DNA from: Zancudomyces culisetae HAW-14-8
Taxonomy: Eukaryota > Fungi > Kickxellomycota
Direction of reading: 5' to 3'
NCBI GenBank assembly: GCA_052426225.1
Contig: JBNJNM010000007.1
Location: 682,001 to 746,000, forward strand
Length of the DNA: 64,000 nt
How positions within the stretch are numbered: position 1 is the first letter of the stretch; every line of letters starts with the position of its first letter. The translations under genes and the position numbers were made by a program. Of this stretch, positions 26,602 to 37,409 are shown in pieces. The notes beneath the pieces were generated by a model. That model did not search any database. It was not told the origin of the DNA and was given only the letters and a program-made list of their open reading frames with translations.

Positions 26602-27477
26602 GTTTCCCTGCTTAGTTTTCTTAAGCTTTTCGGGACAGGTGGTAACTTGGTGGCCTTCTCCGCCGCAGTAATAGCAGAGTCCAAGTTTCATTCGACGTTC
26701 TCTCTCGGTTGGAGAGACGACACGCTGAACGGAATCCACCTGCATAGGTTCTATCTGAGAACTGGTGGGCTGAACATAAGGCTGAAGGCCTCTCTTTCTC
26801 CTGGCCTTGTCCTCCTTGCGCCTGGTTAACCTGGCATCAATGAGGATTGCAGCATTGATGTAACCTTCCAAATCATCAGGAGTTTGGAATAGCGCAAGGG
26901 TGCCGTGCACGGCTTCGCTCAGACCCTCGGCAAACTGGGATACGAGAGCTGACTCGTTCCAGCCGAGATCCATCATTAGGCGACGAAACTCTGATGCATA
27001 CATTGAGACAGGTGAGGTGCCCTGTTTCAATGCCCTGATAGCATCATTGGCTGTTTGAGACCGTTGAGGGTCATCAAACACCTTGGCGAACTCTTTCATG
27101 AAGAGTTCGTAATCCTGGAGCACAGGGCTACCCTTTTCAATGTAAGAGCTAGCCCAACGGAGCGCATTCCCTGTGAGGAGGGACATCACAAGATCAACCT
27201 TGTTGGTGGCGGACGGATAGTGGTCTGGGTGGGTAAAGAACAGTAGACGGCATTGGTTTACAAAACTACGGAAGTTGCTGCGATCTCCGTCATACCTTTC
27301 TGGCAAGACTATGCGGGCAGCGGCTGGCTGAACAGGTATTGGTACTGGTGCGGCCTGGGCGGACTTTTCTTGTTCTGCTAGCGGATCTGGTGGAGCAGAT
27401 TGTTGGGATTTCATTCGCTCGTTTTCTTCTTTAAGCATTTGATATTCGGCTAACAATTCACTGTATTTATTAGACAT
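26584..27477 (-). CDS. Gag (PEG10/sushi-like capsid plus CCHC zinc knuckle)
   Basis: LPERYDGDRSNFRSFVNQCRL, LLTGNALRWA, LKQG...YASEFRRL, CYYCGGEGHQVTTC. Confidence 0.9.
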   Translation of the reverse strand: MSNKYSELLAEYQMLKEENERMKSQQSAPPDPLAEQEKSAQAAPVPIPVQPAAARIVLPERYDGDRSNFRSFVNQCRLLFFTHPDHYPSATNKVDLVMSLLTGNALRWASSYIEKGSPVLQDYELFMKEFAKVFDDPQRSQTANDAIRALKQGTSPVSMYASEFRRLMMDLGWNESALVSQFAEGLSEAVHGTLALFQTPDDLEGYINAAILIDARLTRRKEDKARRKRGLQPYVQPTSSQIEPMQVDSVQRVVSPTERERRMKLGLCYYCGGEGHQVTTCPEKLKKTKQGNHRVQA

Positions 27478-27508
27478 AATAATAGGTAGTGTAAGAGCAA
27501 TAAAATAA

Positions 27509-27875
27509 TGTCACGACTTGACACTTAGTACTAATTTATTAACTATGACTATTATTATACAATATTAACAATAAGATGCAAAATCTTTTCATTTCTAAAG
27601 TTTACAAAAGATATATAGCCTTGAACTATATAATTCTGCAGTTTTAAATACTTTATAAAGTACATTTTTATTAATTTTTACCTATCATATATGAATGAAC
27701 ATTACGGAATACATTATTATAAAATGTTATTACCCCAATATAGTATAATGTTTTAACTTCATTAATTATTAATCAATGTAATAATTATTGAGAAGAATAT
27801 GTTTATATTAATAACATATTGCTATTTTTAACATGTAGAAAAAAATAGCAATAATGTCATGAATGGATCATGATA
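27509..27875 (-). repeat. 5' LTR of the chromovirus (367 bp)
   Basis: + strand reads TGTCACGA...TCATGATA (terminal CA mutated to TA). Its last ~60 bp match 22400-22461. Confidence 0.8.
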
Positions 27876-28137
27876 CTGCCGGCCTATCCATGAATCCTGC
27901 CCGCATTGCCTCCTTTCAAGACTGGACAGCACCCAAGTCAGTCAAAAATTTCTAAATATTTTTAGGATTAGTCAACTTTTACAGGTGCTTCACCTAAGAC
28001 CTCTCTAAGATTGATCAGCCCATCACCATATTTCTTAAGAAGGGTGCTCAGTTCATTTGAGGCTTTGCTCTAAAAGCCTCTTTTGAGACGCTCATTACCC
28101 AGTGCACTTCTGCACCAGTCTTAGTACACCCTGACAG
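27876..28137 (+). pseudogene. Fragment of an older related Ty3/gypsy RT/connection region in the opposite orientation
   Basis: Translates AGLSMNPARIASFQDWTAPKSVKNF*IFLGLVNFYRCFT*DLS...QCTSAPVLVHPD, paralogous to [38 protein letters not shown]...QCTTAPVLSHPD of the main element. Confidence 0.9.
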
Positions 28138-28579
28138 TTATGAATCCACATGTTCATAAGAGTATTGTATATTAAATTCAACATTTATTAGTTAATCTTA
28201 ATTACGTTACATGTTTATCATTTTTATTATCTAATTATTAGTTTATAATAATTAAGTATTTTTTTGTTTTAAACAATAATTTGATAAAAATGATCAATAT
28301 TTAACTACATAAAAAATATTGTGTTTATTAATGAATAAGTTTAATAATTATTAATAATAGTTATATTAATATTTTAGTTTATATTAAGATTTATAACAAT
28401 ATTAATTCTATAAGAGGAGATAATATTTTTTTTCATGAATAAATTAGTTGTCACTCTCGTTTAACATTAAAGATATTATTAGAAATAAGAATGTAATACT
28501 GTGTGTTTTTAACTAATAATTTAATAATAACTTTTCTAAATTGACTGTGTTATAATTAATTAATGTCATTATTATTTTG

Positions 28580-28813
28580 TAAACATAGGTATTGTCGGAC
28601 GTGGCTGGACTGGCCACGCTCCTTAGTCGGGTTTTTCATGGAATCCATCTCTCTTTGATCCACTCCTTCAAGAAAAAAGAATGGATCACGTGACGCTTCC
28701 GGTTCTATTTCCATAGAAGTAGCTTCGGAACGATCACTATCCGAGGAGTACCGCCCCTCATCCTTGAATCTCTGGATGATGGCAGCGCGCAGATGACCCA
28801 TAAGACCTGACAT
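28580..28813 (-). other. Short GC-richer ORF fragment in AT-rich DNA, possibly a TE remnant
   Basis: The 85-aa ORF looks coding-like, but no family is recognised. Confidence 0.25.
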
Positions 28814-29339
28814 GAGATTTTAGTAATTTTAAACTTTTTTATTATACTATTTTAAACTTTTAGCCGTAGCACTATTATATGATTATATTACTTTTGAATA
28901 AACTTGTATTAAACAGAATCATTCTTGTTCAATGTCTTTATTTCTTACTGTTATTAATATGTCTTAAACTACTAAAAGAGCTAAAGAGACTCCTAATGAG
29001 ATCTCTTTGGCTTTTATATATGTTAATTGCTAATTTTAAAACTATTACTAATCTTATCCTATTAATATTTAATATATCCGCTATCTCTTCATATTATGCT
29101 TTGTGGTCGTCCTCATAGTTTGACTCATTTTCCATAGTCGATCAAATACCATTTAATTTAATTAAATATACTAATAATAATAAATTCTTTTTATGTCCAT
29201 ATTTCATTTTGTAATATTTCATTTGGATTTTTGTGCTGACTATTTCCTTCATTATTTGAACAGAATTAATCTATATATTTTTGATTGTTAATGGTTAAAT
29301 AAAATTAATTTCATTTTTAGATAATTGAATAATTTCCTT

Positions 29340-30060
29340 TGAATATTTATATATTCCCAAGAAATCGGATTAAGTTGGAATTCAACCCAGAACACACGAC
29401 AGTACTGAGTAATTTCATAATCATTCAACTTCAATTATTACAACCATATTTGTTTCCTACTTTTTTATTTGATGTTCATCATCATCACTACCAATATTAC
29501 CACCATTTCTATAATGGTCATATTTCCTGTTTTAAAACCTTAATATTTTAAAATCTATTATTATTGTGCCCAATCTTTCCACCTGCATAGCTCTCAGAAT
29601 TAGATTAGTATGGCGATAGAAATACACCAGTATTACTTTCCATTACACTAGAGGAATCGTTATTGTATTCTATATTCGATAATGCTATACTTGGTTTTAA
29701 AATATCACTAGTAAAACCCTGACCACCTGAAATGTATGCAGTATCAATACTTTTTGTTCGATTCGTTCCAGTTATGAGTATTATTTTTAAAGAATAATTC
29801 AGAGTTTATTTTTCCCTAGTCGTTATTTGTAATTTAGTAATCTGAATTGGTTGAATTTATCTCTCAGGTGTCTTGAAATAGTAGCATACAAAAATTACTA
29901 TTTGATTCATTTTTACTGGGTTTCCATACTCATTTGTTATCAAAATATTGTCTTTAGCAATCTGAACAAAACCATAAAATGCATATCGATATCCCAGCAT
30001 TCACTTCTAGCTTTTACTTGGATATTGCACAATTTCAATGATTGTTGAATTGATATATTG
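29340..30060 (-). pseudogene. Stop-riddled remnant of an unidentified protein-coding gene
   Basis: A long near-open frame (IEIVQYPSKS*K*MLGYRYAFYGFVQIAKDN...KTPER*IQPIQ...AYISGGQGFTSDILKP...) and, after a shift, KLNDYEITQYCRVFWVEFQLNPISWEY. Confidence 0.5.
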
Positions 30061-30151
30061 AATTTATGATGATAACTAAAGTAGCGATTTTAAAATAAAA
30101 TTGAAAGGATGAATAAATGAAACTAATAACAAACTAAGTAAATAGACAAAT

Positions 30152-30955
30152 TTACTTGCATGGGCAAGAGCAAGTTCCTGTAGTTGGTTTAATTGCTGAA
30201 CTAGTGGTAGTAGTAGCCCTCATAGCTATACTGCTGCTTGATGATACTGGGGTACCACCACCTGGTGCTGGCGATGATCCTCCACTACCGTTGACAGTAA
30301 TACTTGATCTTGAATTAAACAAATTAATACCACTTTCATAGTTTCCATTGAACTCTGCAACTGCTGGTGTTCCTGGTCCATAATTAGCTATCAACAACTT
30401 CTTTCCAGTATAACTACCTCCATTCACTCCCTTGATGGCAATATCTGCACAATTCATGTAGTATTCGCGATTTCCACTAGCATTTAACCATGTCCATGCA
30501 AATACTGCACTGTTACTTGATGGAAGGTTAGATGGCAATTGAATATCATATGATAATACATCTGCAGTATTTCCATATTTTGCACCATTGAAGAAGCAGT
30601 ATCTGAGTACATCCTTGATTACAACAAATGTCTTTCCGCCATCATACGACAGAGCAAATTGACAATGCCCTCCACTATGAGCAGCGCCATCTGGTCGAAA
30701 TTTGACTGTTACTGTGCTTCCAGCTGTCCATGTATCAACAACCCTTGATGATTTTCTGTCAGTTTTACACAGTGGTTGATTGGCTGCAGACTGGGTACCA
30801 ATTGGACTCTTAATGTCGTAATCCACTGGATCACCAGCTGGGCACAGTGGATTATTTGGTGATAATCTTGGACATGGTTGAACCATAGCCATGTGGGAGT
30901 ATACACCTGTTGCGAACAGAGTTACGAGTACACCAAGATTGAGTTTTGAAAACAT
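30152..30955 (-). CDS. Secreted AA11-family lytic polysaccharide monooxygenase (chitin-active type) with S/T-rich tail
   Basis: Signal peptide followed by N-terminal His (HMAMVQPCPR), PLCK, AAHSGGHCQFALSYD, AWTWLNASGNREYYMNCADI. Confidence 0.85.
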   Translation of the reverse strand: MFSKLNLGVLVTLFATGVYSHMAMVQPCPRLSPNNPLCPAGDPVDYDIKSPIGTQSAANQPLCKTDRKSSRVVDTWTAGSTVTVKFRPDGAAHSGGHCQFALSYDGGKTFVVIKDVLRYCFFNGAKYGNTADVLSYDIQLPSNLPSSNSAVFAWTWLNASGNREYYMNCADIAIKGVNGGSYTGKKLLIANYGPGTPAVAEFNGNYESGINLFNSRSSITVNGSGGSSPAPGGGTPVSSSSSIAMRATTTTSSAIKPTTGTCSCPCK

Positions 30956-32911
30956 TTTGTGTGTTATTATTATATGCTGTTACTGTTCTTGTTTTTTTTA
31001 TTGAGATTGAGGTATTTTACCCTGTAGTTTCAGATTTGGAAAGTATATTTTAAGATTGCTACTATGATATGCAAATTATGAATGCAATTGATAAAGTACT
31101 TGAGATAATATTGAACTGGGAACTCTGAGCTTATATACTTTTTTTTGGTTGCTGTATACAAAATATCCAGTACTAGGATTCTTGGATTGGTTTTCTAAAG
31201 TATGCTATACTCCGAAAACCCAGCATTTCAAGGATGTGGAGCAGCGAATCTTGAACTATGGCGTCATACACAGTATTATGCAATTATATATATATATATC
31301 TGTTTGGTTGGGTTCTAGTAGTGCAATATTACAAGCCCATTTAGGAATATCTGTGTCTCTGCTTTAAAAGATGGAACACCATATCTCTTTTATTAACCAA
31401 ATCAGGTTTAAACTTACTGCCAAAGTTTGTAGAGTTTTCTATAAATTATGATTTTGCATAACCGCCCTTTTTATTATACTAATATTTTGTCAAGTGGTTT
31501 AATGTAGTATTTTTTTTTGGATCTGTAATATGGGCTCCCAGAAAAGTGGTATCAAAATAATCTACCAATCTTTAAACTGGATAATATTTTGATGATCATA
31601 TTTAAATTGACATTTACAGCTTATTGCACAGCCATAATATTATGAAACTAATAGCACACTAAGGGTGAAAAAAGTATGCGCATTTCATGCAGCAATGGTT
31701 ATATGGTACCCTTGCAAATTATTTTTTGATTTCTCCCCTCAATACGTGCGCTCGTATATTGCATTTATTTCTGGTGGAGAAAAGGCGTTTCAAAATGGTT
31801 CAACGATTTAATTTGGTAGTTCTTCTGAGAGGGACATTTTTTTAGGTTGAAATGATTTAGCATAATGAGCTCTACCAACTAAAAACAAACCAAATAAGCT
31901 TTCTCGCTACTTACATCCATTTAATGTTTTTTAGCGTTATTTAATGTTCAGTAGCGTTGCTGACCACGATTTCAAGCTTGTTGTCTAACTGTAAAAAACT
32001 AGTGAATACTAATAATAATATTAGCGCTTAGCTATTTTCAAATAATACACTTGAGGTCTTTAATGAGGGTTATACAAGCTTGAGTGATTTCGAAATTTTG
32101 TATAAAATAGTAAATGTTTCGATAAAAATTACATATTTTTATGGGCTCAATGCCCTGAGTAGAAGAAACAACCGTTGCTGATGTGAGTAGATTACATTTT
32201 GATTTGGTGATACCATATTAACTGAGTATGTATTGTTGTATACTTGAAAGAAACTAGGCGTACCAAACAACGTATTATTATGCAACAACTGTGTAGTAGG
32301 TGTACAAATTACTGTATTTGTCTTTTCAAAACTGTAAATAGCTTTCTCCTCATACAAATATCTACGTCCTATGGTAAATGCCAATAACTTGAGGTTTCCT
32401 CCTCTCTCAGAGAACATAATTCTCAATTTTCTTTACATTGTTTTCAAAGCGGTTTTCAAGAAAAGTTATCAAATATCAAACGCCGGATTTCCGTTATTCA
32501 TCAAACGTCTCTCCTAGATGATAGATAAAAGACGATGTTTTATAGAGATTATTCAGTAAAGCACAAGGTTCCAATGCCAATTTCATGGTATAGCGCCTTT
32601 TTTAAACCTCTTTCTCGCCGCTTACAAAGTATGGTTTCTAGTTCCTCTTTCAAATTTTTTGATTACCAAGAATTAAAAGGCTATTTTTTATTTGGATTTG
32701 GATGTTTGAGTTTAGGCCAATAAGAAGCTGCACTTAATTGATAACTTGAGAAACACGCAAATTTGGCCACAAAGCTGTCACGCGTTGATAAATAGCTACT
32801 AGGAAATGTTGGCAAGAAACAGGAATAAAATCCTATTCCTTGGCTTTTATCAGATATTTCTTTTTTAATTCTTTTACTTTTAAAATTGCGATTAAAGTTA
32901 AATGCATTTGA

Positions 32912-33472
32912 ATGAAAATATCGAATATTCCTAAAATGTATAGACATATTCACAAATCAATAGTAAACAGAAATCCTTTTCGAACATTTAATAATCTGGC
33001 GGTATTAAATAAGGCCAGTGTTGTAAGAGATGAGACCATCGATCAAAGTAGTAAAGACAAAGGGTCCGAATTAATCTTAACAGAAAGCGCAATCAAAGTA
33101 AATCTCCTCTATATTAAATTTTATTTCTAATATATCGTGCTGCATGTTTTTAATTCATTGGATTATATACAGAGATTAGAAAAACTTGGAGAGATTTCGG
33201 GAAAAACACAATATCTTCGAGTTCAGGTGGATTCGGGTGGTTGTTATGGTTTCCAATACAAGCTGGATTTGGCAGAAAACCCAGAAGCCGATGATGTAGT
33301 GCTAAAACGAGGAAAATCTAGAGTTGTTGTTGACCAGATTTCGCTGGATTTAATTAGGGGTGCAACAATTGATTGGAAGGATGAATTGATTGGGCACTCT
33401 TTTAGAATTATAGCCAATCCCAATTCCAGTGGAGGTTGTGGTTGTGGTGCAAGTTTTGAGATTAAAATCTAA
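32912..33472 (+). CDS. ISA2: Mitochondrial A-type Fe-S assembly protein ISA2/IscA2 (intron ~33098-33171)
   Basis: Basic presequence, LTESAIK, LRVQVDSGGCYGFQY, NPNSSGGCGCGASF. Confidence 0.92.
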
Positions 33473-33690
33473 GTCTTGCACAGCTAATATAACTTATATT
33501 TTGTCATATGTATTTTTTACAAGATTGTTGTTTTAGGCGCAAACCTACTCAGAGCTAAATTTTTTTATACTTCATTTTGCGTTTATTGATCAAAAAGATA
33601 TTACATACAAGTAAACCAAAAGTCTTTTCATATTATAAGATATTAAAACTATAATAGCACTAGACATCGATATTATAACGGGTTGGTATA

Positions 33691-35306
33691 TTAGCCGACT
33701 TTCTTTGCCAAGTCATCAGGAGGATATTTTGTCTGTGCGAAGGTGATCAGCCTCTTAATAGACTGTATCCATTTGCGCTGTGTTTCGTCGTTCAGTACAT
33801 CTATCAATATCGTAAAAAGTGCCCTTTTTAGTAGTATCGTGAATATCTTAATAATGCTGCTAATATTAAAGAAAACCAGACTTACGAGCTACTTTACTAG
33901 CATTGATGTTTTCCCTGGCTGAGCGTTCGTGGATTCCAACCATGGTTACACCAATTGGCCAAGGTGCGTTACCGATTGCTAATCTAAGATAGCAGTCATT
34001 TGCCTTGATGTACTCCCTTTGGTGCATATACATTGCTATTTCTGTTATCCGCTCCAAAACGTCGGGATTTATTGACTATTGGGTTTTTTCATATTTTTAG
34101 TACACAGCCCATTATGTAACAAATAATAACACTCGTACTTGCCTTTCTTTTGATCATTCGAAAAAAGGGCTTCATATAGTCGACGGATTGTCGTTGAGTG
34201 GCGGCTGCGAGTTTCCAATTAATGGTTTTTCTCTCTTCATCTAGTAAAGTATATTCGAATATCCATGTTAGTTTCAAACTGCATTTATTCAGATTAAGGG
34301 CTAAAAATATATTATTTGTTCTAGCGTCCAGCTTACCTGGTTTAAGATACAAATACTCCTCCCATTCAATCAACAATTTCTAAATCGGATACAGTTGTTA
34401 GTTTTTCATCAAAGTGCACGTTATCTTTTAAATAACAATATAGTTACCTTGAAATATGCGTAAATCAACGTATTATTCTGCTCGGGACTTTCTTCTAAAA
34501 GTTTTGGGGAGATCGACTGTGTATCCTATTTACAAAAATACCAATTACAACTTAGGATTGAGCTGAGAAATAAATCCAAACATAAGCACCTTGTACTCAC
34601 AAATTTATCAAAAAGTTCGATTTTTTTCCTTCTCTTTTCCAAATCCTCGTTTTCAAGTTTGCTCTTTTTCTTGAGTTCATCCAATAAAGTTCCAGATTCC
34701 ATTTCCTCAAGAACTTTCATAAAGTCATTTCGTTGTCCCTATTTGTTCCACATGAGGAGATTAATTTGCCCCAATCTATAAATAAGACAACTGTAATATG
34801 AACTAAAGTACCGTTGATCTCTCATCCAGCAATTCCAAAGTTCTTAATCTAATTTTTCTATCTTTTTCGCTTTCAGCAAACAATCTTATCGGCTCATTCC
34901 TAGCTCGCAATCTTTTTATAATTTCTGATTCTGGAAGATCATATTTTTCGATTTCATCCTATATTTATTAGAGATATTAAACGCATTTTAGAAGAAATTA
35001 AAAACACCGCCAATTCTTTAATTATACAACAAAGACGCTGACCTCAATCCTGTTGGGTTTTTGTTCAATTGGAATGACAATTTCTTCTTTATGTTCCTTC
35101 TTAACCTCAACGGATTTCCTCTCGTTTTCCATCTCTCCAGCCTCTTCCTTTTCAGCTCTCAATCTATTTTCTTGCTCCTGGATTTGTGCCACAGTTACGT
35201 ATTTCTTAACTTTTTTAACATCCGAGCTATCGGTTTCGGCTGCCCGCTTATAAACATTTTTTCTTTTGTTGATTTCTTTGTTTATTGTGCTCTGTAGAAA
35301 ATTCAT
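33691..35306 (-). CDS. PRP18: Pre-mRNA splicing factor PRP18, multi-exon
   Basis: [13 protein letters not shown] exon; [31 protein letters not shown]; [28 protein letters not shown]. Confidence 0.95.
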
Positions 35307-36104
35307 TTTGTTTCTTGATGGAATTTCTTCTGCTCCGCTTTAGTTTTAAGTGTATTTTTTGTTTAAATGAAATTTTCACCATTTTGAATGTTGAGCCTGT
35401 CTCCGAGATAATTGGCTATTAACACTTATACCTTGAATTATTTTAACGAAAAAACTTGCTTTCCATATCTCTGCTATTTCGATCTGTAAATATCAGACCT
35501 TTTTTTTTGTTAGATAAGTTTATTAAATAAATATTACATTAAACTACAAAAAATAATCGTTTACAATATCTACCTAACCTATTCCTCTTACTAATACAGA
35601 TATAGATATGAAAATATGTGTAAGATGGGTAAGATGGGTAAGATGGGTAAATACAACTAGAAATACAAAGGTTTAACTAGCTTCATGTTGTGTAATAAAC
35701 GTGATTGATTCGCTCTTACGTTTTGGAAACTGTTTCTTTTTTCCTAGCTACTTCAGTTTATTGATTATCCTTGGGGTACTAAATGGACTCAAATTTTTAG
35801 TTTATTTTCTCGAGGCTAAACTGATATAGATAGAATAAATGATACTTGTACTGGTGTCCTCTGTGGCATGTAATTACACTAAACCTTATAATTTATAAAA
35901 TAAAACTTCTGATGGCCACTAAGTAAATTTTTTTCATTAAATTTGCTAATACACACAAAGTGTTCCTAAATACTAACACTTTCCCAAGCTTACTTGTTTA
36001 GTTAAAAGCCAAGAAGATTTTTGAGTTGTTTATTTCGGATTATTATCCTACACTTTTAATCACTATTATATAAAAACGATGAAGTGGAAAAGTATTAAAA
36101 AGTA

Positions 36105-37409
<1,305 letters not shown>

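Larger units (their letters stand above)
22400..27875 (-). mobile_element. Ty3/gypsy chromovirus (Tf1/sushi-like) LTR retrotransposon, decayed
   Basis: Domain order gag-PR-RT-RH-IN-chromodomain. 5' LTR at 27509-27875. PPT (AGAGGGGAGTGA) precedes the 3' LTR start TGTCATGA at 22461. Stops at 26147, 23793 and 22968, plus frameshifts. Confidence 0.95.

Noticed and set aside
755-30060. Alternative genetic code (TAA/TAG = Gln)
   Set aside because: Intact genes end normally in TAA/TAG and long ORFs lack internal stops; lesions include indels.
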